Origin: Candidatus Sungiibacteriota bacterium
Lineage (GTDB): Bacteria; Patescibacteriota; Minisyncoccia; Sungbacterales; JACQCQ01
Length of the DNA: 64,000 bases
Reading direction: 5' to 3'
Assembly: GCA_016201505.1 (NCBI GenBank)
Contig: JACQCQ010000012.1
Span: 10,187 to 74,186, forward strand
The translations under genes were made by a program, and so were the position numbers. This document shows positions 18,331-27,018 of this stretch, piece by piece; position 1 is the first letter of the stretch, and each line of letters opens with the position of its first letter. The notes under the pieces are model-generated. The model saw only the letters and a program-made list of their open reading frames with translations, did no database searches and was not told where the DNA came from.

Positions 18331-18443
18331 AGAAATAAGAAGCAGGAATGAGGCATTAAGACGGCGGCACGAAACGCGTATTTTCTATTATTTGTTCTTC
18401 CTTGTTTCTTATACTTTATTCTTTATTCTTAATTCATGATTCT
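18331..18443. repeat. Inverted 7-mer array (GAATAAG/TTATTCT type) overlapping the pth start
   Basis: gaaataa-gaagcag-gaatgag-gcattaa ... ttatact-ttattct-ttattct-taattca-tgattct. Confidence 0.7.
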
Positions 18444-19047
18444 TTTAATTGGCCTAGGGAATCCCGGCAAGGCTTACGAAGGAACACGGCATAATGTGGG
18501 CCGCGAAATTGTTTTGGCCTTCGCTAAAAAGCATGAGGTCAACGCCTTCGCCCCGCATAAAAAAATAAAGGGACTTGTGACTGAATGCAAGATTCAAAAA
18601 GAAAATTACGCTTTGGTTCTGCCGGAAACGTTTATGAACAAATCCGGCCAAGCCGCTAAAGAGGCCAAGCTGGTTTTTAAAACGGAACCCGAAAAAATTT
18701 TTGTGGTGCATGATGATGCCGATATTGAGTTGGGGCGCACCAAACTCCTATTCGGCCGCGATTCGGCGGGACATAAAGGTGTTGAATCCGTGATGCGGGC
18801 GCTCGCCACCAAAGACTTTTGGCGCTTTCGCATCGGTATTGGCGGGGAAAGACCAAGACTGGAACTGGACCTTAGGCGAAGATCAGGTAAAAAAATAAAA
18901 CACGTCGCCGCCGAGTCCCTTGTCTTAAAAAAATTCTCGCCGGCCGAAGAAGCGCTGATGAAAAAAGTCCGCGCTAAAACCATCGGGGCGCTTGGCGATC
19001 TTGCCAATACCCCGCCCGAGCATGTAATGAATCACTATAACAAGTGA
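18436..19047 (+). CDS. pth: Peptidyl-tRNA hydrolase
   Basis: GLGNPGKAYEGTRHNVG, PETFMNKSG, VHDD and AGHKG. Confidence 0.98.
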   Translation: MILLIGLGNPGKAYEGTRHNVGREIVLAFAKKHEVNAFAPHKKIKGLVTECKIQKENYALVLPETFMNKSGQAAKEAKLVFKTEPEKIFVVHDDADIELGRTKLLFGRDSAGHKGVESVMRALATKDFWRFRIGIGGERPRLELDLRRRSGKKIKHVAAESLVLKKFSPAEEALMKKVRAKTIGALGDLANTPPEHVMNHYNK

Positions 19048-19242
19048 GGTTGTAAAAGATTTAATATATGAAACAGAATTCTAAATCCTTAGCATGTAAC
19101 CCTTTCGAAGCTTCGAGCGTAGGAGGGTCATGAACCACTATAATAAGTAAGAGCCACCTCCTGCCACCTGATCCGCGACTGTTGGTCAGTCTTCGATGAA
19201 ATAATGGGAAGAAAGCTTCTACTAAGTTAAATAAGTTAAAAA

Positions 19243-19280
19243 CATACCCTATCCCACGCTATAGCGTGGGATAGGGTATG
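19243..19280. repeat. Perfect 38-bp palindrome
   Basis: cataccctatcccacgctatagcgtgggatagggtatg; the core acgctatagcgt recurs at 61323-61340. Confidence 0.85.
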
Positions 19281-19440
19281 CCGTCTCGATTTGGTAAATC
19301 ACGCCCGCTTATCCCCGCCACCGATTAAGAGATCGCTGGCTTCTGATCTTTTGAGAAAGTGACGTGAGTAAAAAGACTCTCACTACTTGCCTAATCGGTT
19401 TGCCATGGGCTAATGTATTAAGGCGGCCGAATGATGGTCA

Positions 19441-21441
19441 ATGAACGAAATTAAGGAGTTACAAACAGTTCTGATCGCGGCAGTCACCCCCACTTTTTTA
19501 GAACGGGGGGGTTTGTGGTTCGCTGAAAACGAAGAAAAGATTCTACGTGCCGCCAAATCTCAAGCCTGGTGGGGCGATCACATTTTGGTCCTCGAAAAAG
19601 ATCGCGAGATGAAACTCTCTAGGCTCGCTCGCCGGCTCACCGATCTGGGATATCAAAAAACACATGCCATCGTCTCGCCGGGCGAATTCTCGCAACTCGG
19701 CGACACGCTCCGCATTGCCGCAATCAACTACGAAACCATTGTCCGCATCGAATTCTTGGGAAACAAGATTGAGCGCATTGAAAGAGAAGCGTTCCGCGTC
19801 GAACCGCAACCCTTAAAACCAAAAGACAAACGACATCAATTTCGCGAGGGCGACTACGTGGTTCATTTAGACCACGGCATCGGCATCTACAAAGGTGAAA
19901 TCCGAAATCCTAAATCCGAAGCACGAAATAAATCTGAAGCACAAAATTCAGAAAATCTAGAATTTGGGGATTTGAATTTAGAGCTTTACCACGTAGTGGA
20001 ATACGCGCCGCCGCGAAAAGGAGGCGCTCCCGATCGACTGCTGGTTCCACTTGATCAGGAGAAAAAATTATCACTGTATATCGGATTTGATCGCCCGACT
20101 ATTCACCGACTTGGCGGGACAGTGTGGTTTACCACAAAAAGAAAACTGCGCGAATCAGCCGAGAATTTCGCGCGTGAATTGCTCAAAATTTATGCCGCGC
20201 GCGAAGGGGTAACGCGTCCGCCGTTTTACGGCGACCCGACAATCGAACAAGCCTTTGCTGACGCCTTCCCCTTTGTCGAGACTCTCTCGCAGTCGCGCGC
20301 CATTGATGAAATTTTGCGTGATCTCGAAAAACCGACCCCCATGGACCGCGTCCTCGTCGGCGATGTCGGATTTGGCAAGACTGAAGTCGCGATGCGGGCG
20401 GCACTCCGTGTTGTGCTCTCCGGCAAACAGGTGGCACTTCTTGCCCCCACCACCATTCTCGCCGATCAGCACGAGCGCACGTTTAAAGAGCGATTCAAGG
20501 ATCTTCCTATCACTATCAACTCGCTCTCACGACTAACACCCAAAAACGAGGCAAAGCATATCGTTGAAAAAGTAAATCAGGGAGCCGTTGATATTTTTAT
20601 CGGTACGCATCGCATCTTATCAAAAGATATCGTCTTACTGAAACTCGGGATGCTGATCATCGATGAGGAACAGAAATTTGGTGTCTTACATAAAGAACAC
20701 TTTAAAAAGTTGCGCTCGGAAATTGATATTCTATCGATTTCGGCAACCCCGATTCCCCGGACGCTTTCGCTCACCATGGCGAATCTGCGATCCATCTCTG
20801 AAGTGAACGACCCGCCGCCCGAGCGTGTGGCCGTTAAAAATTTCGTCCTGCCCTACCGCGACTCGATTGTAAAAGAAGCCATCGAAGCAGAATTAAAACG
20901 AAAGGGCCAAGTCTATCTACTCCACAATCGAGTCGAGACGATTGGCTCGGCTGCGCGATTGCTGCAAGCATTAATTCCCCAGGTTTCGATCGGCGTGATC
21001 CACGGCCGTATGGATGAGCCTGCGCTGATTAAAACGCTGGCCGAATTCAGAAATAAGAAAATTGATATTTTGGTGGCCACAACCATCATCGAAAACGGAC
21101 TCGATTTTTCAAACGTAAATACATTGGTGGTGGAAAACGCCACGCGGCTCGGGCTTGCCCAAAGCTATCAAATCCGCGGCCGCATTGGGAGAAGCGACCG
21201 TGCGGCCTACGCCTACTTTTTGTACCCTGCCCAACATCTAACGCCGGAGGCGCGTGAGCGACTCGAAACACTTGAATCATTTGAAGCGCTCGGCTCGGGC
21301 TACCAAATCGCGCTCCGCGATCTCGAGATGCGCGGCGCCGGCGCAATCCTTGGTAAAGATCAATCCGGCGCCATTCAAAAAGGCGGACTTAATTTATACT
21401 GTCAGCTCTTGGCTGAAGCATTGGAGGTACTGAAATCATAA
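19441..21441 (+). CDS. mfd: Transcription-repair coupling factor Mfd, shortened form
   Basis: GDYVVHLDHGIG (CarD/RID), GDVGFGKTEVA, DEEQKFG, QIRGRIGR and RDLEMRGAG; 666 aa, no C-terminal TRCF domain. Confidence 0.92.
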   Translation: MNEIKELQTVLIAAVTPTFLERGGLWFAENEEKILRAAKSQAWWGDHILVLEKDREMKLSRLARRLTDLGYQKTHAIVSPGEFSQLGDTLRIAAINYETIVRIEFLGNKIERIEREAFRVEPQPLKPKDKRHQFREGDYVVHLDHGIGIYKGEIRNPKSEARNKSEAQNSENLEFGDLNLELYHVVEYAPPRKGGAPDRLLVPLDQEKKLSLYIGFDRPTIHRLGGTVWFTTKRKLRESAENFARELLKIYAAREGVTRPPFYGDPTIEQAFADAFPFVETLSQSRAIDEILRDLEKPTPMDRVLVGDVGFGKTEVAMRAALRVVLSGKQVALLAPTTILADQHERTFKERFKDLPITINSLSRLTPKNEAKHIVEKVNQGAVDIFIGTHRILSKDIVLLKLGMLIIDEEQKFGVLHKEHFKKLRSEIDILSISATPIPRTLSLTMANLRSISEVNDPPPERVAVKNFVLPYRDSIVKEAIEAELKRKGQVYLLHNRVETIGSAARLLQALIPQVSIGVIHGRMDEPALIKTLAEFRNKKIDILVATTIIENGLDFSNVNTLVVENATRLGLAQSYQIRGRIGRSDRAAYAYFLYPAQHLTPEARERLETLESFEALGSGYQIALRDLEMRGAGAILGKDQSGAIQKGGLNLYCQLLAEALEVLKS

Positions 21442-21508
21442 TTGACGCCCGCGGAATCATACGGTACTAATATCCCAGGCGGTTCACTAACAACAGAGGA
21501 GGATCATC

Positions 21509-22285
21509 ATGCTACATTCGCCGATCTTTATAGCCCAGGATAACATGGAACTCTCGGCCTCTGTGGATCTCGTTTCCAAGCTCAAAGGTCATCATGCGGC
21601 CGGTTTCAAGGTCAACGACTTCTGGGACAACTACGGCCGCGCAGGCCTGGAAAAGCTTCGTGAAGCAGGAGCATACGAGCTTTGGGTCGATGTCAAAGTA
21701 AAAGATACCCCGAACACCGTCGCAAACCGCATCGCGAGCATTTCGCAAGCTGGCGTCAGCTACATCACCGTCATGGCGGATGGTGAAGTTGACATGATGA
21801 TGGGGGCCGTCAAAGCAAGAACTGACTTTCTGAAGAAAGAAGCTATATCGCTCGACATCGACGGGGATGGCATACCAGCCATAGGCCCGGGCATCATTGC
21901 TGTGACAGTCCTCACCTCACTCACCGAAGAGCAGACTCACCTGACATACGGGCAGCCGGTGAAAGCCGCGGCTCTCTATCTCGCGCGGCTCGCAAAACTG
22001 TCAGGCATCGATATCATTGTCTGCTCCCCCCAGGAAGTCAGCTTGCTTTCGAAGCGTCCCGAACTGTCTGGCATGAGTTTCTTCACCCCTGGCATTCGTC
22101 CAACTTGGAAAAAACCAACCGACCAGAAGCGAATCGATACGCCGCGCGCCGCTATATTGGCGGGAGTCACAAGCATCGTTGTCGGCCGAGCTATCACCGA
22201 GGCCCAAGATCCGGTAGCGGCATTCGATGTCATCTACAAAGAGGTGGGACTTGCGCTTCGCGAGCGGCAAAGAGGTAGGTCATGA
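21509..22285 (+). CDS. pyrF: Orotidine-5'-phosphate decarboxylase
   Basis: DVKVKDTPNT, VTVLTS, TPGIRP, DQKR and VVGRAIT; strong SD GAGGAGG. Confidence 0.93.
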   Translation: MLHSPIFIAQDNMELSASVDLVSKLKGHHAAGFKVNDFWDNYGRAGLEKLREAGAYELWVDVKVKDTPNTVANRIASISQAGVSYITVMADGEVDMMMGAVKARTDFLKKEAISLDIDGDGIPAIGPGIIAVTVLTSLTEEQTHLTYGQPVKAAALYLARLAKLSGIDIIVCSPQEVSLLSKRPELSGMSFFTPGIRPTWKKPTDQKRIDTPRAAILAGVTSIVVGRAITEAQDPVAAFDVIYKEVGLALRERQRGRS

Positions 22286-22917
22286 GCCAAATGACTGAAT
22301 CAGAGGTGCTCAAGCTCTACAAGTCGAAAGATGCGGTCTAGTTCTTCAACTACGATGGAGACCAAGCGGCGCCTCACGCGCTTCTCACATCGGGGAAGCA
22401 TTCCGACGGATACATCAACTCGACTCCGGTGCTACAGGACCCGCAGTCGGTCTTAATGCTGGCGGATGCACTTTCGTACAAAGTGAAAGCAGTCGTCGCG
22501 TATGCCGACTGGATCGTTGGCTCGCCGATGGCGGCGATCACGCTCTCCTTCAAGCTCGCCGAGATCATGGAAACATCTCACGGTTTCGCCGAAAAAGACG
22601 GCGAGCGGATGAAGTTCAAGCGCTTCGTCATCCCGCGGCACTCGACAGTTCTGCGTTGTGAAGAGCTCATCACCACCTCGAAGACAACCGAACAGGTGGC
22701 GGAGGCGATCGAGCGCGACAACCCCCATCGCGTGACGATTCTCGGCCAGGTGGCAACGGCCATCTGGAGACCGGAAATGAATGACAAAAGACGCTGGGAG
22801 CCGATTTACCTGGCCAGATGGATCGTCCGAAACTGGGATGCCGCAGACTGCGCGCTCTGCAAACAGGGGTCATCGGCTTTGAAGCCGAAGGAGCATTGGA
22901 GAGAGTTCGCACGATGA
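22282..22917 (+). pseudogene. pyrE: Orotate phosphoribosyltransferase with an in-frame TAG at codon 20
   Basis: The ATG overlaps the pyrF stop (ATGA); MSQMTESEVLKLYKSKDAV*FFNY...HALLTSGKHSDGYIN continues in frame with the 22429 ORF. Confidence 0.8.
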
Positions 22918-22986
22918 CCGGCATAGCCCGCGGAGTTTTAAGAAAACTCCGCGGGCTGTATTTTTTTCATGCTAGAGTAAACCTTA

Positions 22987-24009
22987 ATGGACAAATCGAT
23001 CACGTATCTTCACGCCTTGCATCTCGCCGGAAAAGGAGAACCGAAAACGCTTTTAAAAAATTTGGGGCAGTATGATTCGCCCGAAGCCGCCTGGGAACAT
23101 TTAAAAGTTGCGACAATTAATCCAGACGATGAATTTAAAAAATTGGAACGGCTCGACATTTGGGCGATATCCAAAGACTCGCTGCACTATCCCCCGCTAC
23201 TTAGAGAAACCCATGACGCACCGGTAATTTTATACGGCCGCGGCGTGATAGATCCCGATCAATTTTTCCTGGCCATGGTGGGAACGAGAAAACCGACCGA
23301 ATACGGCAAAACCGTGGCCAAAAATTTTGCCGCGGATTTTGCGCAAGCCGGTATTAGCATCGTCTCCGGCGGGGCTTACGGCATCGATAAGGAGTCGCAC
23401 GCTGGAGCCTTACGATCCGGCGGCAAAACGATCATGGTCATCGGCTCGGGACTGGACAGGGCATCGTTTTATCCCGGCGCCCATTGGAACTTAGCCGAGG
23501 AGATTGTACAAAACGGCGGCGCCGTTATTTCCGAGTACCCGCCTGGCACAAAAGTTTTGCAGCATCACTTTCCCGAACGAAACCGCATCATCGCCGGCAT
23601 GTCACGCGGTCTCATCGTGGTCGAAGCCCAGATGAAAAGCGGGGCTTCGATTACCGCGCGGCTCGCAGTATCGGAAAATCGCGACGTGTTTGTCGTCCCA
23701 GGGTCAATTTACTCACCAACTTCAGACCTTCCCAACTCGCTATTAAAGGAGGGTGCTGCGCCTCTCCTAGCGCCTAGCGACTTGCTTGAGGCTTATGGCT
23801 TTAAGTTGCTGGCCGAAGCCAAAGGCGAGACGTTCGGCGAGTTTGAGACTGTTATAATAGAAGCGCTGCGAAATCCCTGTACGCTGGATGATCTTTCCAG
23901 AGAAGTTAAGGGCGGAATTCATGCGCTCCAGTCTTCATTAACGGCACTCGAACTGGCCGGGAAAATTATGGAAATCGAGCCTGGAAGGTACCAAGTAATA
24001 GGATCATAA
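22987..24009 (+). CDS. dprA: DNA-processing protein DprA
   Basis: VGTRKPTEYG, VSGGAYGID, FPERNRIIAG and SGASITA. Confidence 0.97.
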   Translation: MDKSITYLHALHLAGKGEPKTLLKNLGQYDSPEAAWEHLKVATINPDDEFKKLERLDIWAISKDSLHYPPLLRETHDAPVILYGRGVIDPDQFFLAMVGTRKPTEYGKTVAKNFAADFAQAGISIVSGGAYGIDKESHAGALRSGGKTIMVIGSGLDRASFYPGAHWNLAEEIVQNGGAVISEYPPGTKVLQHHFPERNRIIAGMSRGLIVVEAQMKSGASITARLAVSENRDVFVVPGSIYSPTSDLPNSLLKEGAAPLLAPSDLLEAYGFKLLAEAKGETFGEFETVIIEALRNPCTLDDLSREVKGGIHALQSSLTALELAGKIMEIEPGRYQVIGS

Positions 24010-24013
24010 TTTG

Positions 24014-24177
24014 ATCCCGTTAGAGGCAGACCTGCCTGCCGGTCGCATGTCGCCAAAGGCTATGGCCGACGGAGCGCAGGCAGGATCGCGATCGAGCATG
24101 AATTCATATATGATTCGTACTTATAAATATCTTCACATCTTTTCGCACAATTTCGCGATCGCGGCCTCTAACGGGAT
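24014..24177. repeat. ATCCCGTTAGA nested inverted-repeat element, copy B
   Basis: atcccgttagaggc ... gcctctaacgggat with nested palindromes. Confidence 0.9.
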
Positions 24178-24212
24178 TGACAATGTATTGTATCCTGTGA
24201 TTAGTAGTATTG

Positions 24213-24381
24213 TCCCGTTAGAAGCAGACCCGCCTGCCGGTCGCACGTCGCCAAAGGCTATGGCCGACGGAGCGCAGGCAGGATCGCGATCATTCGCGTT
24301 TTCTTTGAAATTAATCTATTCATTTTTAAAAACCTCGTAACATTGAAAATCTCGTACTTGCGATCGCGGCTTCTAACGGGA
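24213..24381. repeat. ATCCCGTTAGA nested inverted-repeat element, copy C
   Basis: tcccgttagaagc ... gcttctaacggga; the first ~75 nt are nearly identical to copy B, the loop is unrelated. Confidence 0.9.
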
Positions 24382-24387
24382 TGAATT

Positions 24388-26490
24388 ATGAACGAAACGA
24401 CGACCGAATCGAAGAAAAAATCAAAAGGCAAACAACTGGTCATTGTTGAAAGCCCAACCAAGGCCCGCACGATCGCTGGATTTCTCGGGCGCGATTTTGT
24501 GATTGAATCCAGCTACGGACACGTGCGGGACTTGCCCAAATCCAAAATCGGCATTGACTTCGAAAACAACTTTGAGCCGCACTATATCGTGCCGCTGAAG
24601 GCCAAACCAAATGTAAAAAAATTAAAGGAGATTGCCAAACGGGCCAAAAAAATAATCTTAGCCACTGACGAGGACCGCGAGGGCGAGGCCATCGCCTGGC
24701 ATTTAATTTCAGCACTCGGTCTTGAAAATAAACCAGGCGATCAGATTGAGCGCATTGTATTTCATGAAATTACCGAGTCGGCCATTAAGGACGCTCTCGC
24801 CAACCCTCGGGCTCTTGATCTAAAACGCGTCAACGCCCAACAAGCCCGGCGCATCTTGGACCGCATCGTGGGTTATAAGCTTTCGCCATTTTTATGGAAG
24901 AAAGTTGCGCGAGGGTTATCTGCCGGCCGTGTGCAGTCAGTCACTGTGCGGCTCGTGGTCGAGCGCGAACGTGAGATTGAAAAATTCAAGCCCGAAGAGT
25001 ATTGGACGATCGAAGCCGATGTGGAAACGAAGAAAAAAGCAAGGTTCCGCGTATTCCTTTCTAAAAATGAAGGGAGGTCTGTCGGCAAGTTTGATATTAA
25101 AAATGAAACTGGCGCCAAAAAATTAGTCGAGGCCGTAAGAGATAAAACCTGGATTGTCGAATCGGTTGAAAAAAAAGCGTCTGCAAAATCCCCGCTTCCG
25201 CCATTTACGACTTCAACGCTCCAGCAAGAGGCCTCGAGCCGCCTCGGGTTTTCAGCCAAGCAAACGATGGTTTTGGCGCAACAGCTCTATGAAGGTATCC
25301 GTATTGACCTGGGCCAAGTCGGGTTGATTACGTATATGCGCACCGACTCGGTGAATCTTGCGGCCTCTTCGGTCGCAGCAGCCGCCAAAACCATCGGCGA
25401 TTTGTTTGGCGCTGCATACGTATTGTCAAAACCGCGATTTTTCAAAACGAAATCAAAGGGCGCCCAAGAAGCGCATGAAGCCATTCGGCCGGCAAACTCC
25501 GCGGTCACGCCTGACTCAATCAAACAGTATTTGGATCGGCGCCAATTAAAACTCTATGATTTGATTTGGCGCCGGTTCATGGCCACTCAAATGCCCCAGG
25601 CGATTTTTGATGCCACGACCATTGATGTAGCCGCCGGTGAGGCCCTCTTTCGGGCGAACGGCCAGATTTTAAAATTCGACGGATTCTTAAAAGTCTATCA
25701 AGCCAAAACCGAAGATGTCTTACTGCCTGACGTTCTCCCCAAAGAGGAAGTCAAACCAATTTCGATCGATCCGCTCCAGCATTTTACCGAGCCGCCGCCG
25801 CGATATACCGATGCCTCACTGATTAAGACGCTCGAAAAAGCTGGCGTGGGCCGACCTTCCACTTATGCGCCGACTCTCACGACGATTCAAAACCGCGGCT
25901 ATGTCGAAAAAGATGAGCGCAAGAGATATAAGCCGACCGATATGGGCATGATGGTAAATGATCTCTTGGTTCGACACTTCCCCGAAGTCGTCGACATGGA
26001 GTTTACCGCGCGTATGGAAGGGGAATTAGATGAAGTGGCCGAAGGCACCAAAGAATGGCAGCAGCCGATTCGCGAATTTTACGAACCGTTTGCCAAGCAC
26101 TTAGAGACGAAGTACGACGAAGTCGAAAAGCAAACCACCGATGAAGCCACATCTGAAATCTGCGAGAAGTGCGCGAAGCCTATGGTGATTAAATTCGGCC
26201 GCTTTGGCCGCTTCATGGCCTGCTCTGGTTTCCCCGAGTGCAAAAATACCAAGAACATCCAAAAAGAAGTCATTTCAACTGGCGTCCAATGTCCCAAGTG
26301 CAACCAGGCCGAACTAGTCCAGCGATTTACCAGGAAAAAGCGGCTCTTTTTTGGTTGCGCACGATACCCCGACTGCGACTTTGCCACTTGGACCAATCCG
26401 AGAGTAAAAGCGCCGGTCTATGATCCCGCGGCCGAAGCCGAATTTAAAGCCGCCGAAGAAAAAAAACGAAGCGCCACGGCAAAGCCGTGA
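24388..26490 (+). CDS. topA: DNA topoisomerase I
   Basis: IVESPTKA, DEDREGEAI, SAGRVQS, LITYMRTDS and C-terminal Zn fingers. Confidence 0.99.
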   Translation: MNETTTESKKKSKGKQLVIVESPTKARTIAGFLGRDFVIESSYGHVRDLPKSKIGIDFENNFEPHYIVPLKAKPNVKKLKEIAKRAKKIILATDEDREGEAIAWHLISALGLENKPGDQIERIVFHEITESAIKDALANPRALDLKRVNAQQARRILDRIVGYKLSPFLWKKVARGLSAGRVQSVTVRLVVEREREIEKFKPEEYWTIEADVETKKKARFRVFLSKNEGRSVGKFDIKNETGAKKLVEAVRDKTWIVESVEKKASAKSPLPPFTTSTLQQEASSRLGFSAKQTMVLAQQLYEGIRIDLGQVGLITYMRTDSVNLAASSVAAAAKTIGDLFGAAYVLSKPRFFKTKSKGAQEAHEAIRPANSAVTPDSIKQYLDRRQLKLYDLIWRRFMATQMPQAIFDATTIDVAAGEALFRANGQILKFDGFLKVYQAKTEDVLLPDVLPKEEVKPISIDPLQHFTEPPPRYTDASLIKTLEKAGVGRPSTYAPTLTTIQNRGYVEKDERKRYKPTDMGMMVNDLLVRHFPEVVDMEFTARMEGELDEVAEGTKEWQQPIREFYEPFAKHLETKYDEVEKQTTDEATSEICEKCAKPMVIKFGRFGRFMACSGFPECKNTKNIQKEVISTGVQCPKCNQAELVQRFTRKKRLFFGCARYPDCDFATWTNPRVKAPVYDPAAEAEFKAAEEKKRSATAKP

Positions 26491-26726
26491 ACATCTCGCA
26501 TTTTTCTGATAGGCAAACTCTTGCGAGATGCCACGAAGTCCGCCAAAGCATCCCTGTGAAGAAGTTGGGATTGAGATTTCTAACCTTTTCAATAGAGCGG
26601 AGAAGCTATCAATGAGTCTCTGCGTCGGCGGAAAAACAAAAACAGTCGCCTGACGCGCTCTTTTTATTACGTGACAAACGTTTCAATCTCTGGTAAAAAT
26701 CCCTTGGATCTTTAAGGCAAGGAGAC

Positions 26727-26966
26727 TTGATGACTCGCGAACAACATCGCGCAGAATTCGAGAAACGACACGGCGCAGGGTCTGTTGAACGATTCATCGC
26801 TCGCGGACGAGAAGTTGCTTTTGAGGCTCTCGCAAAAGAATTCAATTTCCCATCGCGCGGTCTCGCAGCCTATTACTGGTATAAGTTTTCTCGAACACTG
26901 CGATTTCCCATCGTTCGAAAACCGGCGAGAAAAATGGGACCAAAACGCCGCTACCTTGGCAGGTAG
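26727..26966 (+). CDS. Small basic hypothetical protein
   Basis: SD AGGAGA, upstream GTGACA-17-TAAAAA and a hairpin at about 26942-26978. Confidence 0.5.
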   Translation: MMTREQHRAEFEKRHGAGSVERFIARGREVAFEALAKEFNFPSRGLAAYYWYKFSRTLRFPIVRKPARKMGPKRRYLGR

Positions 26967-27018
26967 CCGGCGTTTTTAATCACTTGCGGTCAATTACTGG
27001 ATGTATTATGACTAGCGC

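Noticed and set aside
22339-22341. Genome-wide TAG or TGA recoding
   Set aside because: TAG ends ftsA, parB, metG and smpB, and TGA ends rpsG, ftsZ, pth and topA at the expected positions.
24011-24340. 109-aa ORF with an internal duplication
   Set aside because: The duplication comes from the two nested palindromic elements; there is no independent coding evidence.
24014-24381. Repeat-spacer-repeat layout suggesting a CRISPR array
   Set aside because: Only two long units with terminal inverted repeats, no constant 25-45 bp repeat with regular spacers, and no cas genes in the window.
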